The translations under genes were made by a program, and so were the position numbers. From the NCBI RefSeq assembly GCF_009914755.1, contig NC_060934.1: a DNA stretch of 64,000 nt; one strand, written 5' to 3'. Positions 27,421-41,759 of the stretch are shown piece by piece (position 1 is the first letter of the stretch; each line of letters begins with the position of its first letter). The notes beneath the pieces were generated by a model. That model saw only the letters and a program-made list of their open reading frames with translations. It made no database searches and was not told the origin of the DNA. This DNA comes from the human T2T-CHM13v2.0 reference genome, Homo sapiens.

Positions 27421-28711
27421 TTCGTTATGTTAAGCTGCTCCATGAAGCCGCTGTGTGCAAGGCCCTGGCCCTAGTGCCATGGATTGGAGGGAAAGACATT
27501 CAGACAGGGTTTTTATGGGTGGCACATGTTTTCTTCCCCTGGTATCTGGGGGCTTTTGTGGGGACCGTCCTCTGTGGCCCTGCCTTGTAGCTGGCCACAT
27601 GGTGAGCAGGGGTTTGCTCGATCCTCTTTCATGGGTGCTATTATATGCATTTATCTCTGCAGAGCAGGCCCCTCCTGGGTCTCTGGTCCGGCAGCCCACT
27701 GACTGGCCCTTGCAGCCCCACCTAAATACCTGCTGATGGGCTGTGGATTGATCGGGCCTCAGTTGTGAGGGTGTGGAGGGACTTGCTAAGCTGCTCCTGA
27801 CAACTGCGGGGCTCGTTCCCTCTCTAGGCGCAGCCTGAAGTCACCGGCTCATAACACACCGCCCCACCCACCGGGAGAAGAGAGAGAGGCAATCATGTCA
27901 GAGCCTGAGATGTGAAAACTGCTTGTTTGCCACCCCACTTCCCCCCTGCTGCCCTTTCCTCTGGCCTCGCTGGATGTGACATTGGCTTTCATGGAAGGCA
28001 AGGCTACTCCAGTCGTCCACCTGCCTCACAGGATGATGACGATTATTCCCAAAGGCGGCAAATGTCAGAAAAGTTCCCCCTGAGGAAGGAGGAGAGGATT
28101 ATATTTTAAGGAAATGTTTGTTGGCTTTGGCTGTTGTTAAAATCTGGCTTGAACATACACCCGAGTTTCCTGTGGGTAAAAGGTGTGGTGGTAGCTGAGG
28201 TGCCCTTGAGTTTGGGGCTGACACGTGGGCAGACAGAAAGCAGCCCCGTCCCTTCCTAGTGGTGGATGCTGCATATATCCTGGGCTTCAGGGTAGAACTG
28301 ATGACTCAACCCAAACAACGTTGTTAACCCTTGCTTATTCACTACTTACCAAATCTCTGTGGAGTACCCATGATGCCTCAGGCCCTGGGAGAGCTGCGGA
28401 GATGAAAGGACCACTCGCTGCCTTCTTGACTTGTAAAGACTCCTGACCGTGAGTGGTGTGTACTCATCAAATATTCCCATAAATAAGCATTGGAGGAAAA
28501 ACTGGGCCAAGGGCCACGAAGCAGAAGTCAAGGCTGCAGTGAGCACTGAATGGGCCCCCTATTTGAACCAGGCAGCCAGAGGCAGCTTCTCTGTGAAGGG
28601 TTTTTTGAGCTGAGCTCTGAAGGATTGAGGTGGAATTAAGTGCTGAAGGGAAAGGAGGAAATGCAGCTCGTGTGGAGGGACAGGGACAGGAGCCATCACT
28701 TCATTTGAGGC

Positions 28712-29455
28712 AGTCAAGCAAACTAAATGTGGCCTAAGAAGGACTCCATACTTCCATATTTGAGTCCTTGCGTATGACCTGTAATCTAGCTTAATAATCA
28801 GATAAGGCCGGGTGCTGTGGCTCACGCCTCTAATCCCAGCACTTTGGGAGGCCGAGGCGGGCAGATCACCTGAGGTCAGGTGTTCAAGACCAGCCTGGAC
28901 AACATGGTGAAACCCCGTGTCTACTAAAAATACAAAAAATTAGCGAGATGTGGTGGCGTGGGCATCTGAAGTCCCAGTTACTTAGGAGGTTGAGGCAGGT
29001 GGATTGCCTGAACCTGGGAGGTGGAGCTTTCAGTGAGCCAAGATCACTCCACCACACTCCAGCCTGGGTGACAGATTGAGACTCCATCTCTAAAAAAAAA
29101 AAAAAAAAAAAAAAAAAAGACAAAATTGAAAACCTAACTTAGGAGTATGCACCTGTAACAATAACTGAGTTGGCCAATCCCAGCGGCCATATTTCAACCA
29201 CTCATAGACTGCTAGGTGTTCAAACTGTTCAAATAAGGCAAATGCCGAGCTGTAACCAATCCAGCCGTTCTGTACCTCACTTCCAATTTCTGTACGTCAT
29301 TTCCCTTTTTGTGTCTATAAATCTTCTTCCACCACGTGGCTGCACTGGAGTCTCTGTGAATCTACTATGACTCTGGGGGCTGCCTGATTTGCAAATTGTT
29401 CATTGCTCAATTAAACTCCTCTACATTTAATTTGGCTGAAGTTTTTCTTTTACCA
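28712..29455 (+). mobile_element. MER57-type ERV1 solo LTR interrupted by an Alu
   Basis: AACTAAATGTGGCCTAAGAAGGACTCC, GAAAACCTAACTTAGGAGTATG, TATAAAT box, ATTAAA signal, end GAAGTTTTTCTTTTACCA. Confidence 0.85.
28806..29118 (+). mobile_element. AluSx-like
   Basis: Full dimer, long A tail, short TSD AGA[T/C]AA. Confidence 0.95.
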
Positions 29456-29755
29456 GAAGATTTGGGAGAAGGGAGAAGGTGAGGGCAAAGTCCCCCAGCA
29501 TGAGGCAGATAGAACATTCCAGAACTTGCCAAGATGGCAAAGGCTGGCTTTCCACAAAACTGTGAGGCGGCCTCTCCTCAGCATTCTCCACCGTGGCTGT
29601 CTGCTCCACCCTTTCTCTACCATCCCTGCTCTCAAGAAATGATTGCAGGCCCTTGGCTTAAATTTAGAAAAAAAGTTCCTACTGTGTACCTGTGAGGGAT
29701 AGAGATGAGTAAGATGTGGTCTCTGTCCTAGGATGCTCACAGCCTCCTTAAACTG

Positions 29756-29806
29756 CCCCTCAGAACCGTCTGCATGACCCCTCAGAACCGTCTGCATGAC
29801 CGTCTG
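29756..29806. repeat. Perfect 22 bp tandem duplication plus partial third unit
   Basis: CCCCTCAGAACCGTCTGCATGA x2, then CCGTCTG. Confidence 0.95.
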
Positions 29807-30459
29807 TAAGGCCCACAAGGGGAATTATGGGAATTCAAGGAAGACCCCCATGGGAGGCAAGGGGAGGTGGCTTTCTGCAGATGGGGGCCTGGGGATAGGC
29901 TAAGGGAACCACCTGGGACAGGCAGTCCCCTGCCCCTTTCCAAAGAGCCTTGTCTTTCAAGCTAGATGTCTGGCAGGGGGAAAAAAGGAATTTTAGGAAG
30001 CAGGGAAGAGAAGGCTTTTGGAAGGCCAGGGTCCTTCAGGTGGAAGAAGAGCCTGTGCTCTTTGTAAACAGAGAACCCTATTCCCTCTGGTTAGGTATTT
30101 TCCTCCCCCCCTCCTGGGAGACCTGCACTGTGCTTTGAGGAAACCTGTCAGTACAGGACTCAGCCTTTTGGTGGACAAAACCAGAATGGATCCCCAGGTC
30201 TGGTCTCTAAAGACCTTTTGAAGTAAGTGGGACAAAAATGTCACCAAAGTGCCCATTGCTTCCTTCTAATGTCTTTGAAATGCTTCTCAAATCTCCTTCT
30301 TTGGCCTTCAAGGCAGACAGCCCTGCCAGTCACTCAGTCTGCCTATGCCTCAGTTGCCTTCTCTTACAACAAATCCACTAATCCTCCCCCCCCATTGTAT
30401 GTTGTGGGAGCGAGGATCCCACGCAATCATACATGTGAATGTAATCATAATCCCACCAG

Positions 30460-30640
30460 CGAGTGTTTATTGAGAAGCAGCTGATGCAGAGACAGGGACC
30501 CTCTCGACAGCCCTACAGTCGAGTTCTCTTATCCTCCTGCTCTTCCAGATGAGGAAACCAAAGTTAGAGATTAGTCCCTCGACAAGTCACACAGCTCATA
30601 TCGGTGACTTTGCAGAGCCTGCCCCCTTAGGCTCTGTGCT
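30460..30640 (-). mobile_element. MIR
   Basis: CAGATGAGGAAACCAAAG...AAGTCACACAGCT. Confidence 0.55.
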
Positions 30641-32659
30641 ATCCTAGGTTGTATTTCCAGCTGTTATTCTAGTGCTGTGAGTTTTTGCTCATGCGTGGTG
30701 TGTCCGGGAAATTGATTGCTCCAGTCACTGGGGGCATTCTAAGAAGAGTTCCTAAACCCCACCCCTCCCCCGATCCCCAGGCCTCCTAGGTTCCATTTTA
30801 CAGATGGGAAGGACATCACTGAGGGCAGGGGTGCAGAGAGAAGAGGGTAAACGAATTACTCCAGCCCCAGAAGGAGTGCTGGCAGCTTGGAATAGTTGCA
30901 GCGCAGACCGGGTTTCCACTCGGCTGCCTCAGCCACACTCCTAGAGCCCGGCTGATAATTGCTCATTATGTGCTTAATCTGGGCACAGCCGGGCCTGGCA
31001 GCAGAATTGCATCACATCAAAGAGAGCTCTTCAAAGCAGCAGAAAGCTGGTCCCTGGGGTAATTAGCAGAGGGCCTATTCTTTGCTGCTTGGGACAGTTG
31101 GAAGGTTTCGGGCAAGGTCCAAATTGCATGAAGCGAAGCTCTGAGTCGTCAATTCTCTGGTGAACTCAGACAGGCAAGGCTGATGACTCAAATCATGCCG
31201 TTTATTTATTTCTTCTTTTATAAACTGCTGAGACATTTTTTTTTTTCTGCCAGCCTGGCCCAGATGCCCTGATCAACTGATTGTCCTCTGCCTCCTGGAA
31301 CACCATGTACCCTCTCTCTAGGCCGCCGTGTTCTAGGAGGAACCGAAAGAAAATATATTCACGCACATACACACATCACCACCATGACTCAAGAAGAAAA
31401 CCTGGAAGAAGATGACAGAACCTTGCTTGTGCATAGAGGTGCTCTGAATCACATCACCATGACTCAGTTTCCCCAGTTACCTGAGCTGAGGGGCCCCAGG
31501 TGGCAGTCCTAGCTTGGGGAGTGTTGGTTCATCCATCAAAGTGGAACTTAAGGGGCAACAGGCCAGGTACAAGCCCTCTGAGAAAATCAAAGAACGTGAC
31601 TGATTGCTTGGCATGACCTTCCTTCTCCCTCGCCCGGCTGGAGGGAGAGGCAAGATGATGTTATGTCTCTAATCCCATTTGCAGTCCTCTTTCGCACAGC
31701 CAGGTATCCCACTGGCATGGCGTGGAAGTGCAGAAAGTGCTAAGAGACGTTATAATGGAGTTTGGTACCTCTTTTTGATGGCCTGTGGGGCACTCAGGCT
31801 GACAGCCTGAGTGAGTTTGACATACGAGATGAACAGTGCTGAACTGGCCAGCGGTGTTCCAGAAAGCCACGGCGAGTCTGCGGCCGGGTGAACACTGATT
31901 CCAGGACTGCTTGGTGCAGACGGATGTGGATGGTTTTTCAGCCCGGCTTTAATAAATGGCAAAGTTTTCACTTGCTTGGAAGTTTGGATGAGAATTACTC
32001 TTACCCATCTCTTAGCCATATTTTAAAAATGGGCATCTTAAATAATGAGGTTATTGGAGTGGCAGCATTTCCCTGAGCCAGTGAGAGAGATGTTCTCAGA
32101 TGTGGAACAAAACCCACCAGACTGGGGAGTTGAGTGGGGGCCATGGTAAACAGGGTTTTTACTTCATGGAAATAATACCATGTACTTTATATTGGCTGAT
32201 AACGCAGACTTTAACATTGCCTTCATGCATAATTTCTGAGCATGGAATTTTTGGTATCAGTTATTTTGTCAATAGTGGGAAACAAATGATTAAGCAGACA
32301 CTTCAAGATTTGGTAGAGAGAGTGGCCGTTATTATTCCCCAAAGAGGGGCCCCTGTGACCCCCAGGAACAGATCCAGACACAATTGCTTCTAGGATAATT
32401 AAAATTATCCAGAGCCAATATGGATTCGCTTCTAGGAAGCACTTTACCTGGTTTCAGGTTCTCTATCCCACACTCAGCTCTGCACTCATGTGTCCCTCCT
32501 ACCTGGTGGATTCAGGAGCCCCATTCTGAAAATGGAAGCCTTTAAATTTGCCTTACAAAGCACCTGCAGCCCTGGCTAATCCTCAGATGTGAATATACTA
32601 TGCACCTGCTCATATTCCCTTGGTATTTGTGTTAACGCTATGGGAAATCATATAGAGTG

Positions 32660-32820
32660 CTTCTGGGAGTGGCATGGCATCGTGGAAAGAGAGGTATGAC
32701 TGGGGTTCAAGCCTGTCACTGACCAGCTGGCAGAACTTGGGCAGCTCAGCCCATTTCCTTATCTTTAGAATGGATATGGGGTGGGATACGTGACTGAGGC
32801 TGGTGTGAAGCCATCTGAAT
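32660..32820 (+). mobile_element. MIR
   Basis: TGGGGTTCAAGCCTGTCACTGACCAGCTG...TTTCCTTATCTTTAGAATGG. Confidence 0.55.
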
Positions 32821-32914
32821 TGAGGCTGCCCCTTCCCCGGTGTTCCCATGGCTTCTGCCTCCTCCATTTGTGGGCACCGTCTACAAGACCTTTTCTTTCT
32901 CTTCAATTCACGTT

Positions 32915-33015
32915 CCCAGAGGGCAAGATCTGAGCCTAACTCTTTTCTGTGTCTCAGAGCAAAGTGCCTGGCACACAGCAGGTGCTCAGTAAATACTTAG
33001 CAAATAAATGAGTAT
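32915..33015 (+). mobile_element. L2 3' end
   Basis: AGTGCCTGGCACACAGCAGGTGCTCAGTAAATAC. Confidence 0.7.
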
Positions 33016-33209
33016 CTATTTGCTCTACCTTGGAGAGTGGAGACATGCATAGAAGAATGGATACAGTCAGGACCGACTAAATAACTTATTGACCAAGTGC
33101 AACAGCAGAGCATTGAGAACGTGCAGGGCGCTTCTGAGCGCTGGGCTTTGTGTAGCTTCATGGGTCGCCCCTCCATCAACCCCACCCTGAGTCCACTGAA
33201 CTCTGTGAC

Positions 33210-33633
33210 TGAAGCATTTCCTAGGGCTGCTGTCACCAAGTCCATCACACATGGAGTGGCCTGAGCAACAGAAATGGATTGTCTCGCAGTTCTGCAGGCT
33301 GCAAGTCCAAGATGAAGGCATCAACAGGATTAGTTCCTTCGGAGGGCCTTGAGGGAGAATCTGCTGCAGGCCTCTCTTCTTGGCTTGTGGATGGACAGCC
33401 CCTGTCTCCTGTGTCTTCACACCATCTTCCCTTCTCTGCATAGCTATGTCCAAATACCCTCTTCTTAAAAGGACACTGGGCATGTTTGATTAGTGCCCAC
33501 CCTAGTTACTTCATTTTAATTCAATTACCTTTTAAAAGATCCTATCTCCAAATAAGGTCACAGACTAAGGCATTGTGGGTTAGGACCTCAACATATGGAT
33601 TTGAAGTGGGGGTGTACAGTTCAGCTCTTAACA
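33210..33633 (-). mobile_element. MLT1B/C-like MaLR solo LTR
   Basis: AGGGCTGCTGTCACCAAG, CTATCTCCAAATAAGGTCACA, GTTAGGACCTCAACATATG, terminal AACA. Confidence 0.85.
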
Positions 33634-34728
33634 GGCAGCATCAAACATAGACACTCCTAGCATTGTTATTCCAAATTTGTCTTCGACCACAGAGCTATGG
33701 GAAACATATAGTTTTTTATTATAAAAATACAATAAAGAAGTAAAGCTCACCATTCAACCCACCCCTCCACAGTTAACATTTGGATGCCTGTTGTTTGTTT
33801 AGCCTTGCTTCAACATGTGTGTGCCTTGATGGTACTACATGAGATTATGCCATTTATGATTTACTTTTTTTTCAGTTTAAGAACGTACCCCCCTCTCCTA
33901 TCCCACTGTGTATTTTGAATCTCTCTTTAAAAAAAGTTCTAACAGAGGCCATATCATATTCCAAACGCATTCATGGTTCTCAAATGAAGTCACTTCCCAG
34001 TAACTTTTCTGCCTGGGTGGTCACACAGATGTGGCTACCTCTGGAGCTCACCTTGGGGCACTCCTCCAGACCATAGGGCCATGAGCCCACCCAGCCCTTG
34101 CCAGCCAAGGCATTTCTTGACATGCAGTTGGGTCAGCCATGTGAAGCAGAAGGGAGAGCTTGATGAATAGGATTCTGTCTTCAAGAAGGCGTTTCCATGT
34201 GTCCACAGTGGCTGAAAGCTGATTACTATGGATGCAACGGCTCAGCACTCATTTCTTAATATAGTTCCCTCAAGAAATAGCCATTTAATCCACCAAGTAT
34301 TTTATCTCTTTTAGGGATATTTTCTTAATTGCAGAAGAATCTAAAAATACAATTGGCATACTTGGTATGTCCTGTGCCTTGTTTAGAAAGACCGGGAGAA
34401 AGAATGCAATTAAACTGTCAAAATGTAATTGTTGCTCATATTTAATTGAAAGTGGCTTATTCCCATTTACTGTTCATGGTTTTAGAGTTACAAGCAAAGA
34501 AAGTTGCCAGGATAACTGGTAGTTACAAAATGAAGACTGGAGGCTCTGAGTGCATGGTAGCAGCTGAGAAGCTGCTACTCTCAAATTAGTTTGCTTGAAT
34601 AACACGATATGCTCCTCAATTTCCTAGATACCTGAAGCACAGAATTAGCCAGTTTGGGGCACAATGGGCCATTTTGATTTAAAAAATACACACTGAACTG
34701 GATAGTAACTCCATATCCCCCCAGAACA

Positions 34729-34764
34729 AGTGTGTGCGTGTGTGCGTGTGTGTGTATGTGTATG
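34729..34764. repeat. Imperfect (TG)n microsatellite
   Basis: Seen directly. Confidence 0.85.
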
Positions 34765-35439
34765 GGTTTCTGCTGTTTGTGTGGCTCTCTGCCTCTTTAT
34801 AATTTAAGGATCTATCTAAACAGAATGAACACTCTCAGGCAGTTCTTTCTAAGTGAAAAGTCACCCATCCACACTGAATGGTTATCTAAGTGCCATTTAT
34901 TCTGGAAATGAGTACTAAACACTGATTTGGTACATTGGGGAAGGTTCCCTGGAGCCAGAGACAGATGCAACACGGTGTTTCTCCTCAAGCAGCTCAGACA
35001 CAAGTCAGGGAGACAAGCAAACAGATTGTTTTAACTGCATGTCATAAGTCCTGAGACAAAGGTAGGAGGTAATAGCTGTGTAGCCACCAAAGAGGGAAAA
35101 ACACCCTAGACAGCTGCACAGATTTGCTAGGATGAGGCAGGAACCTGTAATTCAACTCAGTGAATCTTTGACTGCCTATCATGCTCAGAGCACACAGTCC
35201 AGGCCCAGCATCAGCACAGAGCTTCTGCAGTCGAAAGGTTCAGCAAATGAAGGAGGTAAAATGAGAAAAAGATGACTACTACACACACAAAACACATCAA
35301 AATGAGTAAAACATGGCCGTGGTGCCTGCCCTAAAAGGAGGTGGGGAGTGGAGATTAGCAAGTGGGAAGGAGGGCTAGATTCATTGATCAAGCCATTTCT
35401 TTTTTCATAGTTTTTTCCTTTTTATTTAAGAAAATATTG

Positions 35440-35875
35440 CATCCTAGAAGGACACAATATTACCTATGTGGTATTATTGCCCCAAATGCATAATCTGTGT
35501 CTAAGCATGAGGAAACATCAAACAAACCCAAAATGAGGGACGTTCTGCAAAATAACTGGCATATAATTTTCAAAAATGTCAAGATCAAGAAATGCAAAAA
35601 GTGTCAAGTTACTATTTCACATAAAAGGGAACTATGAATGTTGAATTTCTTGATTTGGATAAGTATATAATTCACATATTTAGGGGTAAAGAGGTGCAAT
35701 GTCTCCAATTACTCTAAATGAGAGGAGGAAGGAGAAAATTACAGAGCACATGGGGTCTAACGTACTGAATTGATGAATCTCGGCACAGGGTTAGGGTTTA
35801 TGGGTGTTTCTTGTACTATCTTAGCACCTTCTCTGCAAGTTTAAAATTACATTAAAATACAAAGTTAAAAAATAC
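35440..35875 (+). mobile_element. Old L1MC/MD/ME 3'UTR fragment
   Basis: GAGGAAACATCAAACAAACCCAAAATGAGGGACGTTCTGCAAAATAACTGGC; TCTTGTACTAT...CAAGTTTAAAATT. Confidence 0.7.
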
Positions 35876-35929
35876 AGACTCATTTCAGTAATTTTGGAAA
35901 ATTACTGCTTTAGAAAAGCACATGGCAGC

Positions 35930-36295
35930 TGATATGGTTTGGCTGTGTCCCCACCCAAATCTCATCTTGAATTGTAGCTCCCATAATCCCAACATGTTGT
36001 GGGAGGGGCCCAGTGAGAGGTAGTTGAATCATGGGGGTGGGTCTTTCCCTGTGCTGTTCTCGTGATGGTGAATAAGTCTCATGAGATCTGATGGTTTTAT
36101 AAAAGGGAGTTTCCCTGCACACAGTCTCTTGCCTGCTGCCATGTAAAACATGACTTTGCTCCTCATTTGCCTTCTGCCATTATTGTGAGGCCTCCTCAGC
36201 CATGTGGAACTGTGAGTCCATTAAACCCCTTTTTCTTTATAAATTAGCCAGTCTCAGGTATGTCTTTATTAGCACCTTGAGAACAGACTAATACA
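35930..36295 (+). mobile_element. THE1B-like MaLR solo LTR
   Basis: TGATATGGTTTGGCTGTGTCCCCACCCAAATCTC ... ACAGACTAATACA; perfect 5 bp TSD GCAGC at 35925-35929 and 36296-36300. Confidence 0.95.
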
Positions 36296-36759
36296 GCAGC
36301 CAAAATAAAAGAAAATCACTTGTATTCTCACCCTTCAGAAACAACCATGGTGAACAATTGGTTTCCTCCCAGTCTTCTGTCTGTGCATCTTTACATAGCT
36401 ACAGTGCACTGCACAACCTGCTCACTGTGAGTCGCATGATGTATTTTGAGAAATTCTGTGGTTATGGACACATCTCATCAAAGAGGTCTGACTTGCCTCC
36501 TAACATGTTTGGTTGGGCAATAGGGATTACAATCCTGATGTGTGGGCATTTGACACAGAGTTTTGGCAGTGGCTGCCAATGGCTTTTACCATAACAGCCA
36601 GGTGCTGATCATGTCCTGACACTCACAGACTCTGGAAGCAGTCCCCACACCGTCCTCTGACTACAGACGTCTCTTTTGGTCTTTGCTTTTCTTTGAAAAT
36701 CAATAGGAATGTGAAACTATTTTAAGTTCCTGATCCTCTCTCAGAGCCATTCTTAAAGC

Positions 36760-36927
36760 CAGGTTTCTCAGTACTATCAATGTTTTGGGCTGGATCATTC
36801 TTTTTGGGGTGCCTTGTCATTGTAGGATGTTTAGCAGCACCTCTGGCCTCTCCCCACAAGATGCGAGGATCATCCCCACCTATTTTTCCCCCAGATATTG
36901 CCAAGTGTCCCAGTTTGAGAACCATTG
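36760..36927. mobile_element. MER20-like hAT DNA transposon, internally deleted
   Basis: TTTTGGGCTGGATCATTCTTT, GTAGGATGTTTAGCAGCACCTCTGGCCTC, end TTGAGAACCATTG. Confidence 0.75.
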
Positions 36928-37250
36928 CTCTAAAAGTAGGTACAAGAGAGGGGATGGGACCCCTTCCATGGCCTCCTTTCCTCATTGGAATGGGTGGGGT
37001 TGGCTCAAAGGGCAAAAAGAGTCCTGAGACTAGGGCTTAATTTCTGACTCTGCTTCCTCAATGGTTCAATGGGTTTAGTATTAATATCTGTCCTGTCTAC
37101 CTCTTAGGAATTTAAATGATGAATTGTCTGCAATGAATCTACACAGGGCTTGTACAGAGTTGGTAATGCAAAACATTTTAGGGCTCTCCTGGCATGAGAA
37201 TAAAACATACAGCAAGGTCACTTTATAAACTTGAAAGAATACTTAAATGA

Positions 37251-38320
<1,070 letters not shown>

Positions 38321-38327
38321 AGAAAAT

Positions 38328-38722
38328 TGTGGCAGGGACAGAGAATACCATGTGTTCACCAAGCCCATTTTATTTTTCTTCTGGATGCACAGGAAGACTT
38401 ACTTCCCAGCCTCCCTTGCAGCTAGGTGGGGCCATGTGACTGAGTTCTGGCCAGGGGAATATCCATGGAAGTGAGGTTGCTACCTCCAGGCCTGGTCCCT
38501 AAAACCTCCTGTGCAGATTCCACACACTCTTTTCATCCATTAGCCAGATGTGATCCAGTGGAATCCTCTGGGTCCTGAGAAGATGAAGTCACCAGACAGC
38601 AGGAACCTTGGCCCCTCCCCACAGAGTGTGACAGAAGCAAGAAATAGAACTTAGTTGTATTAGGTAAGTTACTATTTGTGAGGCTGTTTGTTACACAGTG
38701 ATTTACCTATCCTGACTAATAT
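38328..38722 (+). mobile_element. MLT1J-like MaLR solo LTR
   Basis: TGTGGCAG start, CCCAGCCTCCCTTGCAGCTAGGTGGGGCCATGTGACTGAGTTCTGGCCA, end CCTGACTAATATA. Confidence 0.75.
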
Positions 38723-38849
38723 AGGTGTACCAGTGATCAGTATTGAGGAAAACCCCATGGAGAAGGCAGAATAAATCAGATTCTCTGAATAGTCACTTGT
38801 GGGCAGAATCCCTGGATTTCTCTGAGTAACCAGGGGATTCCTGCCTCTG

Positions 38850-39130
38850 TGCCTTTGGTCATCTCATTCCTACTCCTGGAACTCCTCCCTTTACTACAGC
38901 CTTCATTCATGGCAATGTTGTTTATTCTTTCCAGTCAACTGAAAGACCACTTCTTCTAGGAAGCCTTCCCTAACTGCCTGGTGAAGAAGTTATCTTTCCC
39001 TCCCAAGAATCCCACTTCCACTCTATAATGCTCTCATTTTTATAGCTATTTGTCAGGCTTTTCTTTTTATCAGAATTGACCATTTTAAGGGCATATTCCA
39101 TATGCTATTCACCTTGGCAGCTATGGCCCC
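38850..39130 (+). mobile_element. L2 fragment
   Basis: CACTTCTTCTAGGAAGCCTTCCCTAACT. Confidence 0.5.
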
Positions 39131-39342
39131 TTAAACATAACAACATAATGAAATCAAAACACGAGCATACTGTTCAGTGTACAGCCTTGGCCAACAACAC
39201 ACTAAAACCATCAGGAAGCAAATTATAATGACTCTACTCACACTCACACCATTTGTGGACCAAGCAACCAGTGCAGGGCTCTGTGACAGACCTTTGTCCT
39301 AGATCATCTCTAGACTCCTCAGTGGCCCTGTGGGGTCAGAAT

Positions 39343-39649
<307 letters not shown>

Positions 39650-40639
39650 TATTTTTATTATCTTCATTTTTCAGTTTGCCCAAAGCCACATCATAAAGCC
39701 AATGCTCAGTGCACTACAGAAGCTCTGCCTCCCAACCTGCCAAGTGCCAATTATTCCTCCTGCCCTATTGCCTATGAGGATTATCACAGGGCCCTGAGAG
39801 ATGGTTGAACAGTGAGACTTGACCCTCATCTGGGAAGTGGGGAAGAGAATGGAATGAGCTAATCCAGCACAGCTGATCTTTGGCATGTGCTTTAAAACAC
39901 TCATGATCATCATGATTTGGGATCCAACACTTTCATGCTTCACCCCAACCAAGAGACACAAGAAAATGCCAGACATTGATGGAGATGGAAGTTGGAGATT
40001 GTGAAAGAATGAACCACCATCAGCAGGTGCAATTAGAATTTGATTTGGAATGAAAAAGCTGTGATTTTCCAGGGCTGCATCAGACAATATTCTGCTATCC
40101 AACACTGGGCTTCAAATAGCTCTTTATATAGCCCTCAGAGTAGGATATCTCCTGTAAACACCTCCTTTGAAGCCCTTCCAGAAAAAGTAGTATTGCATTA
40201 TTGAAACATGTTTTTTTTGCCCTTATGCTTAACAGGTATGACTACATTTGCACTAAAATATTTATTGCCAGTAACTTTCAAGACAGACAGATGGACATCC
40301 TGCAAACTTGTTGCTGGCTTCACTCTTTAATGACTGAAGAGCAGTCTTGGACCTGATTGCTGTCCTTATCCATTGAATGGTCCGAAGATGTCAGTGTGAC
40401 ACATGGACTTGACTCACTTTCAGACCCTGGGACCCCACGGGGATGAGCAGAACATTGGCCCTAACTTGCAAAATCCTAGCCAGCCCGGTTACCTCTTGTG
40501 TTCACCAGCTCTATTTCTTTTCCAACTAAGACATTATTTCAAAAGAATGTCAACTAAAGGGAGTTTAGACTCCTGGCTAAATACCTGTCACCTGGAATGT
40601 TTTTTAATAATGATACTGGCTATTTGGCTAGTCAGAAGT

Positions 40640-40850
40640 AGTATTGAACTCTGGCACTACCTCTTACAGCTGTGTGAGCTTGAGCACATAGCTTAAGCTC
40701 CCTGAGCCTCAATTCCAATCTCTAATATGGAAAAATAATAGTTTCAACTCCACCTAGTTATTGTGAAGATTGACATGATGCATTTAAGGCTTACTGCAGA
40801 GGGGCTAGCACATAAGAAGTGGTTAGTAATGATTATCATTGTTGCTGCTG
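40640..40850 (+). mobile_element. MIR
   Basis: AGCTGTGTGAGCTTGAGCA...CTGAGCCTCAATTCC...TTATTGTGAAGATT. Confidence 0.7.
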
Positions 40851-41029
40851 TTATTATTATCACTGATATTTGTTGTGCGCAAAAGCTCAAGATGCTCTTG
40901 TACCCCTGAGGTTATACGCATTGGGTCCTTTTGTTGAGAACTGCCTGGGTACATATGCACACTTATATATGTGCTCGTGAATGTACCGGCACACACACAC
41001 GGGCATGCACACGCATGCAACAGAGTCTT

Positions 41030-41238
41030 TGTACCACATGGCTCCGGAGAAGAAACAGACAGCCTGGGACTGAAGGGCACATGTGGTATTCACTAAACCA
41101 CTGGTGCTCAGGCTCCCAGCTGACAGCATCATGACAAGGTAAACAACTTCGTATGGCTGGGTAGCAAAATGGCAGCCACTTTCTCTGTGGGTTCTGTGTC
41201 TGAATCCCTTCCTGAGCTCATCCTCACAGAAGTTATTT
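41030..41238 (+). repeat. Local non-tandem duplication, copy 1 (209 bp)
   Basis: Aligns by eye to 43669-43873 with 7 transitions and 2 small indels. Confidence 0.95.
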
Positions 41239-41759
41239 GTCTTGTGCTGCTTCTCTGGCTTCTCAGTTGGACCACACTGGCCAGCAAAGCTTAGATTTCT
41301 CTCACGCGCTCTCCACCCATCTGCACTGCCCTTGGCACTTCATTACCTTTGATCCATCTGGTTATTGCAGCAAAGTGCTTACCTCTCCTTCCAAACCGTC
41401 TGTCTCCTCACTGCCCACTCCGACTCTCAGCAGCCCATAATCTTCCATCACACTTCATATGTCCGCTCCTGTCTCCACACACTGTGCTTCCCCCAGCTCA
41501 CTCCAACTCTCTTTCTGGAGCTCCCTCTTTTCCCCCTTCTTATTTTCTCATCCACTCCATCATTTTGATATGGCCTCCATAAGCCTTTCCCTTCTACACC
41601 CCTGAAAGATGCAGGCATCTTCCTGCCAGCTCTCCCAACTGTGTTTTCCCTCCGTGGTTTCAGCTGGTCTGGTGGGTCCCACAGTTTTGCTGGCAGAAGT
41701 TCACTGTTTGCGTCCCACCTGGTCTGTTTAAAGCCCTAAAGAGCCGGCTTGCTACTCCT

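Noticed and set aside
29756-29806. Direct repeats as a CRISPR-like array
   Set aside because: Only two abutting units, no spacers, eukaryotic context
41001-41020. p53-like GGGCATGCAC ACGCATGCAA
   Set aside because: Several mismatches to RRRCWWGYYY and embedded in a low-complexity purine-pyrimidine tract
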